Both the position numbers and the translations under genes were made by a program. The notes under the pieces are model-generated. The model was not told where the DNA came from and did no database searches. It saw nothing but the letters and a program-made list of their open reading frames with translations. From Erysipelotrichaceae bacterium (lineage in GTDB: Bacteria > Bacillota_I > Bacilli_A > RFN20 > CAG-826), in the NCBI GenBank assembly GCA_012518455.1, contig JAAYSA010000050.1, positions 1 through 61,173 on the forward strand: a stretch of 61,173 nt of DNA, read 5' to 3'. Shown piece after piece: positions 38,883 to 49,733 of this stretch. How positions within the stretch are numbered: position 1 is the stretch's first letter; each line of letters opens with the position of its first letter.

Positions 38883-38888
38883 CTTTAA

Positions 38889-39764
38889 TTACTTCATTAA
38901 ACCAAGTTTTTTTATTAATTTTGGATTATCTCGCCAATTTTCTTCAACTCTAACGAGTATTTCTAGCTTAACAGGCATCCTAAAGTGTTTATTTAAATCA
39001 TATTCGCTTTGGAGACGTATCCTTTTAATAAGTTTTCCGCCTTTTCCAATAATAATTCCTTTTTGACTATCTTTTTCAGTGACAATATCAACAAGAACTT
39101 CCTTTTTGTTTTCTTTATTTTCAATATGACGCACCACTACGGCTACGCTATAGGGGATTTCTTGTTTTGTTAGCATAATAATTTTTTCTCTAATTATTTC
39201 ACTAATAATAAACTCCTCATCAGAAATTGTTTTCATATCAAGGGGATAATATTGTGGACCCTCTGGTAAGAGTTTTTCAATTTCGCTAATAATTTCATCA
39301 AGATTAAAATTTCTAATGGCACTTGTTTCAATTAAAATCGCATCCTTAAAAAGAGTTTGATATTTTTCTTTTAAGGCTTTTACTTGCTCAAAGCGTGCTA
39401 AATCAATTTTATTAAAAACAATAATTAATGGCTTATCTTTTGGGAGGCGTTCAACAATTAAGTTATCGCCTGTTCCAAAGGGAAGACTAGCATCAACGAC
39501 TAAAACTACTACATCTGCATCAAGAAATGAACTATATGAGGCTTTATTCATAAGTTCGCCATATGCTTTATGAGGCTTATGAATTCCTGGGGTATCAACA
39601 AAAACAATTTGAAGATTATCACGGTTGAAAACGCCAATAATCGCTGAGGTTGTTGTATGAGGTTTAGGCGTAACTATTGCAACTTTTTCGCCCAAAATTG
39701 TATTTAGAATTGTTGATTTACCTGCGTTAGGTCGCCCAACGATTGAAACAAAACCACTTTTCAT
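38889..39764 (-). CDS. era: GTPase Era
   Basis: GRPNAGKST, DTPG, NKID, C-terminal KH domain; ATG 39764 preferred over TTG 39794. Confidence 0.92.
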   Translation of the reverse strand: MKSGFVSIVGRPNAGKSTILNTILGEKVAIVTPKPHTTTSAIIGVFNRDNLQIVFVDTPGIHKPHKAYGELMNKASYSSFLDADVVVLVVDASLPFGTGDNLIVERLPKDKPLIIVFNKIDLARFEQVKALKEKYQTLFKDAILIETSAIRNFNLDEIISEIEKLLPEGPQYYPLDMKTISDEEFIISEIIREKIIMLTKQEIPYSVAVVVRHIENKENKKEVLVDIVTEKDSQKGIIIGKGGKLIKRIRLQSEYDLNKHFRMPVKLEILVRVEENWRDNPKLIKKLGLMK

Positions 39765-39768
39765 TTTT

Positions 39769-40170
39769 TTATAGGTCACTATCATCAAAGGCAAAAGGTA
39801 GTAAATCTTCTTTATTTACTTCTAAAATATCGCCTTTCATATTTGTAAGAATAATAAGTGCTTCTTTTGGTAGTAATTCACTTATTACTTGTCGACACGA
39901 ACCACAAGGACTAATTGGCTTTGCAGTATTACCAACAATTGCAAGAGCGACAATATCATCTTTTTTTACACCGTGATTATACGCATTATAAATGGCGTTT
40001 CTTTCGCCACACATTGCTGAACCATAAGCAGCATTTTCAATATTTGCACCATGATATATTGTGCCATCTTTAGTTAAAAGTGCCGCACCAACTTTAAATT
40101 TAGAATAAGGCACATAAGCATTATCCATTGCCTTAATTGCTTCTTTAATTAATTTTTGTTTATCCATCAT
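39769..40170 (-). CDS. cdd: Cytidine deaminase
   Basis: CGERNAI and PCGSCRQ zinc ligands. Confidence 0.92.
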   Translation of the reverse strand: MMDKQKLIKEAIKAMDNAYVPYSKFKVGAALLTKDGTIYHGANIENAAYGSAMCGERNAIYNAYNHGVKKDDIVALAIVGNTAKPISPCGSCRQVISELLPKEALIILTNMKGDILEVNKEDLLPFAFDDSDL

Positions 40171-40625
40171 GTTCTCCTTCTTCCAATAATTTGATCTTGT
40201 AATTGAAACATTTCTTTTTCACTTTCTTCATCTTCATGATCATAACCAAGTAAATGAAGTAGGCCGTGAATAAAAAGAAATTTCATTTCTCTTTTTAGAG
40301 GGTGTTCATACTCTTTTGCTTGTTCAATTGCTTTTTCTCCGCTGATGATGATTACTCCAAGTAAGCGTGGCATTGAAGAAATTATTGCTACTTCATCTTC
40401 ACTTCGTTCATCAAAAGCAAAAGATAGCACATCAGTTACCTCGTTTTTGTTTCGATAATTTTTATTTAGTTTTTTAATCGTTTTATTATCGACGATTTGA
40501 ACTTCAACAATAAAATTATCGTCAATTTTTAATATTTTTAGTGCCTTTTTCGCATAATAACGAAAAGACCCTGCGAATTCATCAAAACTAGGATCAAGTT
40601 CATTTAGATAATCAAGTTGCATCAA
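40167..40625 (-). CDS. ybeY: rRNA maturation endoribonuclease YbeY
   Basis: HGLLHLLGYDH metal site. Confidence 0.92.
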   Translation of the reverse strand: MMQLDYLNELDPSFDEFAGSFRYYAKKALKILKIDDNFIVEVQIVDNKTIKKLNKNYRNKNEVTDVLSFAFDERSEDEVAIISSMPRLLGVIIISGEKAIEQAKEYEHPLKREMKFLFIHGLLHLLGYDHEDEESEKEMFQLQDQIIGRRRT

Positions 40626-40677
40626 AAAACCTCAACTTTATTTTATCACATTATCCTTATTACGCTTTAAAAAAGCG

Positions 40678-41856
40678 TTATTTTAAATTGTTATAATGTC
40701 TTATTGCCTGACGTTGCCTGCTTTTTTCTATATCAAGCGATAAAAGTTTATCAGTTAAATCCACAAAATAGACATAACCAAAGAAATGAAAAAGGAAATA
40801 GTTAAGACTGTAAGTTTTGTTAAAATACATAAGAGCACCAACAAGAATTATTAAAACTGCATAAACTAAATAATGTAGAATTAGCCTTTTTGTCGCTAAT
40901 TTAGCACTTAACTTGTTGATATTATCGATTTCTTTATGAAATGGTTCTCTTGCTTTATATAAATTAGAGATTATAAGAAGGTTATGATCTAGAGCTAATT
41001 CTTCACCTTTTAAATATAGTGATCCTTCCTTTTTTAAGTAAACGAGTAAGACCACAATTAATAAATTAGGGGCATTAAGCCAATCATTTGATATAAATAC
41101 AAGACTAATAATTAGAGCAATTAAAAGACGACTAAAAACAATTAGAGGATATGAAAACATCGGAGCTTTTAAACTATATACTTCCTTTAATTTTTCAATT
41201 ATATTACCTCGAAGTGATTGAATTTTAGGATTCATAACATAATCATCAAAACGCTTCATTAAATAAAATAGGACAAACCTTTCAATTAGATGTGTAATAA
41301 AGGCCAAAATTAAAAATAAAAAGGCTAACCAAGCATATTTTTCACTATGACTATAATATAAACCGATTCCTCCAAAAACGACCATTACAAGGTTTAAAAT
41401 TGAAGAAGCAATCGCATTAAAATATTTTCGTTTTTTATATGTTTCAGGAATCGGCGCCCGTGTTGAACTATAACTGTTAATTTTTAGAAAATGACCTGTA
41501 AAGTATGTCCAAAGCTGCTTCTCAGAAAGGAAATAACGACCCCTAGAAGGATCTAAAATGAGATAACGTTTAAAACCGCTTTTTTTACTTACTACAAAAT
41601 GAAGCATGCTTTGGACATCAATTTGGATGATTAATGGTCCCTTTATTTTTCTAAAAGCACTCTTATCATCGGCCTTAAAACCCTCAAATGATAAACCGTA
41701 CTTTTCACCTACTTCACAAATGTCTAAAAAGTTATCAATCTTTTTATTAAAGGAGAGATAAAGAAAGTTTTCATCACGGTTAACATTGGCCAGCAACATT
41801 TTAAGACATGTTTCACCACAAGTTTCGCTTTTATCTTGTTTAATAAAGTAACGCAT
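40678..41856 (-). CDS. Peptidase C39-like domain fused to a 6-TM ABC-exporter-like membrane domain, no ATPase domain
   Basis: QDKSETCGETCLKML (Gln/Cys), HFVV (His), LDP (Asp); six hydrophobic segments after residue about 150; no Walker motifs. Confidence 0.6.
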   Translation of the reverse strand: MRYFIKQDKSETCGETCLKMLLANVNRDENFLYLSFNKKIDNFLDICEVGEKYGLSFEGFKADDKSAFRKIKGPLIIQIDVQSMLHFVVSKKSGFKRYLILDPSRGRYFLSEKQLWTYFTGHFLKINSYSSTRAPIPETYKKRKYFNAIASSILNLVMVVFGGIGLYYSHSEKYAWLAFLFLILAFITHLIERFVLFYLMKRFDDYVMNPKIQSLRGNIIEKLKEVYSLKAPMFSYPLIVFSRLLIALIISLVFISNDWLNAPNLLIVVLLVYLKKEGSLYLKGEELALDHNLLIISNLYKAREPFHKEIDNINKLSAKLATKRLILHYLVYAVLIILVGALMYFNKTYSLNYFLFHFFGYVYFVDLTDKLLSLDIEKSRQRQAIRHYNNLK

Positions 41857-41911
41857 AATATCACCCTATTAATAAATTGACATCTTTATGTGATTTTGTT
41901 CGTTTTTATAT

Positions 41912-41937
41912 AAAAAAATCACGGCTTGCCGTGATTT
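41912..41937. terminator. Strong bidirectional terminator after rpsU
   Basis: atcacggc-tt-gccgtgat stem flanked by A7 / T4. Confidence 0.8.
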
Positions 41938-41955
41938 TCCTATTTTTTTAATTTT

Positions 41956-42138
41956 TTAGCGTCTTTTACGACGTTTGCGCCGCGCTTGTTCTTCTTTAAG
42001 TTTACGAGCTAGGCCAGGCTTGACGTAATATTTACGTTTTCTTGCTTCTGCTAAGGTTCCAGCTTTGTTAACTTGACGCTTAAAACGTTTGAGGCTATCT
42101 TCTAGCGATTCGTTTTCTCGAACTGTAATTTTTGGCAT
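41956..42138 (-). CDS. rpsU: 30S ribosomal protein S21
   Basis: [21 protein letters not shown]... 60 aa. Confidence 0.95.
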   Translation of the reverse strand: MPKITVRENESLEDSLKRFKRQVNKAGTLAEARKRKYYVKPGLARKLKEEQARRKRRKRR

Positions 42139-42181
42139 CGTTAATCAACTCCTTCCTTCGCAGTTTGCGTTTTCCGTTAGT

Positions 42182-42210
42182 ATTATAGATGCATAAGAGG
42201 GGAAATGCAA
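42182..42210 (-). promoter_or_regulatory. rpsU promoter TTGCAT-17-TATAAT
   Basis: Minus strand TTGCAT (42210-42205), TATAAT (42187-42182). Confidence 0.6.
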
Positions 42211-42244
42211 CACTTTTATGTGCTGATTTCCTCTTTTTGCTACT

Positions 42245-42880
42245 TTAGATAATTGCTGGTCCTGAGCTTGTGCCAATACGATTAGCGCCTGCTGCGACCA
42301 TTTTTTTAAGATCTTCGTTAGTGCGGACACCACCACTTGCTTTAACGCCAACATGAGGTCCAACTGTTTCTCTCATTAATTTAACGGCTTCAACAGTTGC
42401 GCCGCCAGTGGAAAATCCTGTACTTGTTTTTACAAAATCGGCACCAGCTTTAACACTGATTTCACATGCTCTTTTAATTTCTTCAGGGGTTAAAAGGCAT
42501 GTTTCTAAGATAACTTTTAATGTTAATTCACCACACATTTGTTTAATGCGGAGAATTTCATTAAAAACATATAAATCGTTTTTAGCTTTTAGTTGTGAGA
42601 CATTAAGTACCATGTCGATTTCTTCTGCTCCATCTTGAATGGCGATATCGGTTTCCATAACTTTTGCTTCAGTAGCATTAGCACCAAGGGGAAAGCCAAT
42701 AACGGTACAAACTAGTACATCAGTATCTGCTAATAGGTATGAAGCAAGCGGAACAAAGCAAGGATTAACACAAACACTTGCAAAGTTATGTTCTTTTGCT
42801 TCAGCACATAGTTTTCTAATTTGTTCTTCTGTAGCATCAGCTTTTAAAAGGGTGTGATCAATTAATTTATTGTATTTCAT
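42245..42880 (-). CDS. deoC: Deoxyribose-phosphate aldolase
   Basis: [25 protein letters not shown] (Schiff-base Lys), KASGGVR. Confidence 0.93.
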   Translation of the reverse strand: MKYNKLIDHTLLKADATEEQIRKLCAEAKEHNFASVCVNPCFVPLASYLLADTDVLVCTVIGFPLGANATEAKVMETDIAIQDGAEEIDMVLNVSQLKAKNDLYVFNEILRIKQMCGELTLKVILETCLLTPEEIKRACEISVKAGADFVKTSTGFSTGGATVEAVKLMRETVGPHVGVKASGGVRTNEDLKKMVAAGANRIGTSSGPAII

Positions 42881-42905
42881 AGATTGTCCTCCTTAAATCT
42901 ATAAT

Positions 42906-43175
42906 TTATAAACTTAATTCCGTTGGAATTGGTTTTTGATTAACAAGAATAAAGGCGATGATAAGTAGGTAAAGAGCTGAACCAACTACCATTGCAATTA
43001 CATACCATTTGCGTGCAAATGGTTTGTTTTTTGCAAACGCGAATATATAAACAAGCGCTAACGGAGGAAGAATGATACTTAAAATAATTTTTAAAATATC
43101 TGGATAATCGTAAGGATCAACACCTCCATAACCTTCGTTTACTTCATGTTTTGTCTCTTTTTCTTGTTTTTTCAT
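42906..43175 (-). CDS. Small membrane protein (2 TM), hypothetical
   Basis: 89 aa; ILSIILPPLALVYIF faintly Pmp3/YqaE-like; TATAAT 6 nt upstream of ATG, no SD. Confidence 0.55.
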   Translation of the reverse strand: MKKQEKETKHEVNEGYGGVDPYDYPDILKIILSIILPPLALVYIFAFAKNKPFARKWYVIAMVVGSALYLLIIAFILVNQKPIPTELSL

Positions 43176-43187
43176 ATTACTATTATA

Positions 43188-43213
43188 GAAAAAAGTTGAG
43201 TTTAACTCAACTT
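43188..43213 (-). terminator. Terminator after rpmF
   Basis: Minus strand aaagttgagt-taa-actcaacttttttc. Confidence 0.8.
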
Positions 43214-43219
43214 TATCTA

Positions 43220-43531
43220 CTATTCACCAGTTTTTTGTTTAGTGACTACTTTTTTGGCTGCTGGAGCTGCTTTTTTTGGTGCAGCTTTTGCTTCTTTGGT
43301 AATCTTTTCTTTTCTACGTAGTGATCTTTTTGGTTTTTCCTTGGTTTTTTCTTCAACTGCAACTGTCATAACGTCTTTGCCTTTATAAAAACCACATTTT
43401 GGACAAACTTTATGTGATTGAATAAGAGCACCACAGTTAGTGCAAGTTGTTAAACCAGTAACGGTTAATTTGAAGTGTGTACGGCGTAATCTTTTACGAG
43501 TTTTTGAAACTTTTCTAAATGGAACTGCCAT
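43220..43531 (-). CDS. rpmF: 50S ribosomal protein L32 with about 45-aa Lys/Ala-rich C-terminal extension
   Basis: [19 protein letters not shown], zinc ribbon CTNCG...CPKCG; tail ...[25 protein letters not shown]. Confidence 0.9.
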   Translation of the reverse strand: MAVPFRKVSKTRKRLRRTHFKLTVTGLTTCTNCGALIQSHKVCPKCGFYKGKDVMTVAVEEKTKEKPKRSLRRKEKITKEAKAAPKKAAPAAKKVVTKQKTGE

Positions 43532-43565
43532 AATAATTACCTCCTCTTAGTGATAATACTATCGT

Positions 43566-43593
43566 ATTATAACATTAGAAAATACATTGTCAA
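43566..43593 (-). promoter_or_regulatory. rpmF promoter TTGACA-16-TGtTATAAT
   Basis: Minus strand TTGACA (43593-43588), extended -10 TGTTATAAT (43574-43566). Confidence 0.65.
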
Positions 43594-43627
43594 CAATATT
43601 ACGACATTTTATCAAAAAATCGTTATT

Positions 43628-44932
43628 CTAATCATTATATGCGGTTAATTTATTGCGACACTGTCTAATTTTGTAGAGTGTTTTGATCACCTTATGTTTA
43701 ATATATTCATCACTTTTTATATAAAGAGGCAAATAATTTGAGGTGTGACCAAAATAGGCGTTTTTACTTTTATCAAAGTATTCAATGAGTACTTCAACTT
43801 CTTTATTTAAAAATTTAGAAGCATAATCTTTACTAAGTTCATTAGCTAAAGTAAGAAGTTTAGAAACTCGTTCTTTTTTGATGTCAGGCACGATTTGTTC
43901 TTTTAAAATCGCAGCTTTTGTGCCTTTTCTTTGGCTATAAGGAAAGACATGAAGATCAGAAAACTTCATTTTCTTAATAAATTCATAGGTTGAAATGAAT
44001 TGCTCTTCCGTTTCGGTTGGAAAACCGACGATAACATCGGTTGTTATTGCTACTTCCGGCATATATTTACGAATTAAATCAATCTTATTTTTAAAATCTT
44101 CTATAGTGTATTTACGGTTCATTAAGTTTAATATTTCATCATTTCCACTTTGAAGTGGAATATGAAGATGTTTTGCTAGCATTGGTGTTTTACTAATTAA
44201 TGCAATTAGTTCCTCAGTAACTTCATTAGCCTCAATTGAAGAAATGCGAAGTCGATAAAGCGACGGACATATGCGGATAATTTCTTTAATTAGCTCTGTT
44301 AGATTTGTGCCAATATCTTGTCCATAAGTGCCAGTATTAATACCCGTTAAAACAATTTCTTTATACCCAAGATTAGTTAACTCTTTTGCTTCTTTTATAG
44401 CTTCGTCAAATGAGCGACTTCTACTTTTACCTCTTGCGTGAGGAATAATGCAGTAAGAACAAAAATTATCGCAACCATCTTGAATTTTTAAATATGCTCG
44501 AGTATGAAGAGTTTTAGCGCATGCTCCAAGCTCTTCATATTCAAACTGACGAGGATTATCCCTAAGAGCAACGATTTGCTCTTTGTTTTGTTCAAAAGAC
44601 CGTATATAATCGAATACTTTATCTCTATTTGATGTTCCTAAAACAATAGAAATATTAGGAATATCACTAATAAAATTTTTATTTATTTGACTATAACAGC
44701 CCATTACTACACTTATTGCATTAGGATGTTTTTTTATTTCTCTTCTTATAATTTGGCGTGATTTTTGGGCGGCAGTATGAGTTACTGCACATGTATTAAT
44801 TATTAATACATCAACTTCATCATCAAAAAGGGCCATTTGATAGCCCTCACTATTTAGTTTTTCTGCAATAGCATCTAGTTCATAGGCATTAACTTTACAG
44901 CCAATAGATACCATCTTATAAGTCTTTTTCAT
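43628..44932 (-). CDS. mtaB: tRNA (N6-threonylcarbamoyladenosine) 2-methylthiotransferase MtaB
   Basis: N-terminal UPF0004 Cys triad, radical SAM CDNFCSYC, C-terminal TRAM; yqeU-yqeV context. Confidence 0.85.
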   Translation of the reverse strand: MKKTYKMVSIGCKVNAYELDAIAEKLNSEGYQMALFDDEVDVLIINTCAVTHTAAQKSRQIIRREIKKHPNAISVVMGCYSQINKNFISDIPNISIVLGTSNRDKVFDYIRSFEQNKEQIVALRDNPRQFEYEELGACAKTLHTRAYLKIQDGCDNFCSYCIIPHARGKSRSRSFDEAIKEAKELTNLGYKEIVLTGINTGTYGQDIGTNLTELIKEIIRICPSLYRLRISSIEANEVTEELIALISKTPMLAKHLHIPLQSGNDEILNLMNRKYTIEDFKNKIDLIRKYMPEVAITTDVIVGFPTETEEQFISTYEFIKKMKFSDLHVFPYSQRKGTKAAILKEQIVPDIKKERVSKLLTLANELSKDYASKFLNKEVEVLIEYFDKSKNAYFGHTSNYLPLYIKSDEYIKHKVIKTLYKIRQCRNKLTAYND

Positions 44933-45663
44933 TATTTAAGACCTTTTATAAATTGACGGTAAAGTTGTTCACTAATAAGTTTTTCTTTATGAAGAGCATT
45001 AACAAAACCCTTCTTATCACCTGCGTAATATGCTTTTACAACTGGCATAACACGATCTACTAAATGATTAGTAACAGGCTTTTTAATTCGTTTATCAAAT
45101 AGAGGAATTTTAGCATCTAATCTTCCCTGCTTATTAATAATAAAAATCGTTAGAAAGTCAAAATGAAGGTATGCACGAGAAGTAATATCGCCATCTAGAT
45201 AAATTAGCGTCGTAAAATTTGATTCATATAGTGCATAATTATAAACTTCAAAAGAATCTATCAAAGAGTCACCAATATGGTCAACTAAGTCAGAATAGGG
45301 GAAAGTTAGTAGTTTTTCAGGCGTTTCCGAGTAGATTATATTGTGCGTTTGTAGGTAAAGCGGAACATAAATATTTGAGTTTCCTTGCTTAACTGAAGGT
45401 AAACCTTCCTTTACGATGTTAACTACTTCTTTTAGATTCTTACCTGCATTAAGAGCAGCATCTTCAATCGCATGTTTATTAAGTAATGCTTGAATAATGA
45501 TATTAGCTTGAATAATTGTAAAATCATCATTAGCGTTATAAAGACGCGTAAAAAAGGGATAAGGCGATAGAACCTTACGATTTTGTTGAAAAAATTGGTA
45601 ATCATTACTTTTATTTACATAATCGTAATTGTGCCTAGATTCTAATGTTTCATAAATTTTCAT
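44932..45663 (-). CDS. Hypothetical protein (243 aa), no family recognised
   Basis: SD aaggag 7 nt upstream; stop overlaps mtaB start (ATGA-type coupling); soluble composition. Confidence 0.6.
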   Translation of the reverse strand: MKIYETLESRHNYDYVNKSNDYQFFQQNRKVLSPYPFFTRLYNANDDFTIIQANIIIQALLNKHAIEDAALNAGKNLKEVVNIVKEGLPSVKQGNSNIYVPLYLQTHNIIYSETPEKLLTFPYSDLVDHIGDSLIDSFEVYNYALYESNFTTLIYLDGDITSRAYLHFDFLTIFIINKQGRLDAKIPLFDKRIKKPVTNHLVDRVMPVVKAYYAGDKKGFVNALHKEKLISEQLYRQFIKGLK

Positions 45664-46140
45664 ATTGATACTCCTTTAAACCTACTAAATGAATAGCAGC
45701 TGTTTCTGTTCGTAAAATACGTTTCCCTAGACTAACTGAGATAAAGTCAGCTTCTTTTGCAATTTGTTTGTAGCGGTCTAATCTTTTTTTTCTTTTTTCT
45801 TATCTAGTCTAATAACAACATATTCACTAAGTAAGAGAATAACTTCATCAACACCAAGTTCAGTTGCCTTTTGAACTACTAAATCAACCTTACTACCTTT
45901 ACTAAGACAATAGTATAACTTTAAATATGGTTTTTTAGGATCTACTTCATCTAAAAATTTTACTAATTTGCTCTTAAAGGGTTCTATTGAAACAACCTCA
46001 TAAATTGCTAATTTTCCCTCTTTGCTAACTAATTCAAACTGCTCACCTATTTTAGTGCGCATTACTTTAAGAAGATGAAATTGATCATCTTTACTTAAAG
46101 TTAGTTCACCCTTAATAACTTCTCCAAAATAGCGCTGCAT
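45650..46140 (-). pseudogene. rsmE: 16S rRNA (uracil1498-N3)-methyltransferase RsmE, decayed (frameshift plus internal deletion)
   Basis: N-terminal 120 aa (MQRYF...PUA-like) stop after an A8 run; adding 1 A gives KKRLDRYKQIAKEA-DFISVSLGKRILRTETAAIHL; GPEGG knot segment absent. Confidence 0.65.
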
Positions 46141-46580
46141 TATTGCAAAAATTCTCCGTTACCATCTTTTAGGTCGCTTTTAGTTAAAAATAGAACTCCA
46201 ACGATGATATTTAATACATATAAAACTCCTAGAGTAATTAAAAAAGTTAATAAAATCGCACTTTTACCGCCTAGAATATATGCCATAACAACACTAGCAA
46301 GAAGAATTAAAACATGGCCAACGAGCCAACTTAAACCTTTTTTAAAATCATTTAAGTAAAAATAGGCCGCACCAGTAAAACCAACTGCTATAAATAGGAG
46401 GCTAGCAGTTAACTTCTTCTTAGGTTTATATGTGCTATGTTCTGGTTCAAGTGGATCAAGAGTTAGAGTTAAATCAACTGTTCTAACTTTTTTTGTCCTT
46501 ATAGGATTAATTTCGCCACAAACTGGACAAACTTTAACGTTAGCATCTATATTTGAATGACAATTTCGACATTTAGCCAT
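46140..46580 (-). CDS. Zinc-ribbon plus TM2-like domain membrane protein
   Basis: CRNC...CPVCG N-terminus; GFTGAAYFYLNDFKKGLSW and 3 TM segments. Confidence 0.6.
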   Translation of the reverse strand: MAKCRNCHSNIDANVKVCPVCGEINPIRTKKVRTVDLTLTLDPLEPEHSTYKPKKKLTASLLFIAVGFTGAAYFYLNDFKKGLSWLVGHVLILLASVVMAYILGGKSAILLTFLITLGVLYVLNIIVGVLFLTKSDLKDGNGEFLQ

Positions 46581-46651
46581 AATTATTACCTTCTAGATAA
46601 TAATTATAGCAATAAAAACATTTGTTTTTAAGGTATATCCTTAAAATTAAT

Positions 46652-46677
46652 AAAAAAAGAGGAACAGCAGTTCCTCT
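46652..46677 (-). terminator. Terminator after dnaJ
   Basis: Minus strand agaggaac-tgct-gttcctct followed by T7. Confidence 0.8.
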
Positions 46678-46685
46678 AAATGTTT

Positions 46686-47801
46686 TTATCGTTTGAACCT
46701 ATCCTTAAATCGCTGGAAGATCGATTTTTCTTTAGGTTCAATTTTTTTGTATTGTTCAAGTAATTCGCGTTGTTCTTTTAAGAGGTTTTCTGGTGTTTTG
46801 ATATCAAATTCTAAGTATTGATCACCTGTCCCGCCACGAAGACCATTAACGCCTTTACCTTTTAGTCTTAGTTTTGTACTAGGCTGGGTCCCAGCAGGAA
46901 TTTTAACTTCAACATTACCGTATACAGTCGGCACTTCTATAGTTGTTCCAAGAGCAGCATCGACAAAATCAAGTGGGATTGTAAGCGTAATATCGTTACC
47001 ATTTCTAACGAATGATTTATGTGGTTTAACGATGATTTCTAAGTATAGATCGCCGTTAGGACCACCGTTATAGCCGCGTTCGCCTTTTTCAACAATGCGA
47101 ATTTGTTGACCAGTATTAATACCAGCAGGAATCTTAACATCTAAATCAACCTTAACACGGTTATAGCCTGCACCATTACATTTGCTACAGCGATTTCTAA
47201 TTGTTTTACCACTTCCTCCACAAGTTGGACACGTTTTTTGTGTTTGCATTGTACCAAAAAGGGTTTGCTGCGTTGCACTAACTACACCAGTGCCATTACA
47301 TGTTGAACATGTTTCTATATCGCTTGGTGATTCAGCACCAGTCCCATGGCAATGAGTACACATTTGATCGTATATATGACGGAATTTAATACGTTTCCCT
47401 TTAATTGCATCCATAAAATCAATCCGAACTCTAGCTATTACATCGTTTCCTGTTACGGGACCAGTAGGCTGTCTTCTTGTTCTACCTCCTCCAAAGAAAC
47501 TTGAGAAAATGTCTCCAAGATCGACATCTTGGAAGCCGCCTGCACCGCCACCGAAAGGACCACTGCCGGCAGTTTGATCAAAGGCGGCATGACCAAATTG
47601 GTCATACATTTGTTTCTTCTGCGGATCACTTAAAATATCATAAGCTTCTTGAACTTCTTTAAACTTTTCATTAGCCCCTTTTTCTTTATTAATATCAGGG
47701 TGATATTTCTTAGCAAGTTTACGGTAAGAAGATTTAATTTGATCTTGTGTTGCGTTTCGACTTACACCTAAGACGTCATAATAATCTCTTTTAGTTGCCA
47801 C
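46686..47801 (-). CDS. dnaJ: Molecular chaperone DnaJ
   Basis: J domain KKYHPD, G/F region, four CxxCxGxG repeats. Confidence 0.95.
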   Translation of the reverse strand: MATKRDYYDVLGVSRNATQDQIKSSYRKLAKKYHPDINKEKGANEKFKEVQEAYDILSDPQKKQMYDQFGHAAFDQTAGSGPFGGGAGGFQDVDLGDIFSSFFGGGRTRRQPTGPVTGNDVIARVRIDFMDAIKGKRIKFRHIYDQMCTHCHGTGAESPSDIETCSTCNGTGVVSATQQTLFGTMQTQKTCPTCGGSGKTIRNRCSKCNGAGYNRVKVDLDVKIPAGINTGQQIRIVEKGERGYNGGPNGDLYLEIIVKPHKSFVRNGNDITLTIPLDFVDAALGTTIEVPTVYGNVEVKIPAGTQPSTKLRLKGKGVNGLRGGTGDQYLEFDIKTPENLLKEQRELLEQYKKIEPKEKSIFQRFKDRFKR

Positions 47802-47863
47802 AGTTACATCCTTTCTCTAACTTGGGATGGCACAGCCACCCCGATTAAATATTCATAAATTCG

Positions 47864-49696
<1,833 letters not shown>

Positions 49697-49733
49697 CTAT
49701 ATTTCTCCTTTGTATGTATATTTTCTTAATGCT

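Noticed and set aside
42145-42363. 72-aa ORF spanning the deoC 3' end and the rpsU promoter and leader
   Set aside because: It overlaps deoC out of frame and crosses a promoter and hairpin region, so it is unlikely to be coding.
42906-43175. N-terminus MKKQEKETKHEVNEGYGG of the 89-aa membrane protein as a double-glycine leader for the nearby C39 protein
   Set aside because: It lacks the conserved hydrophobic positions (-4, -7, -12) of GG leaders. The remainder is a 2-TM protein rather than a secreted peptide, and the two genes are separated by deoC and rpsU.
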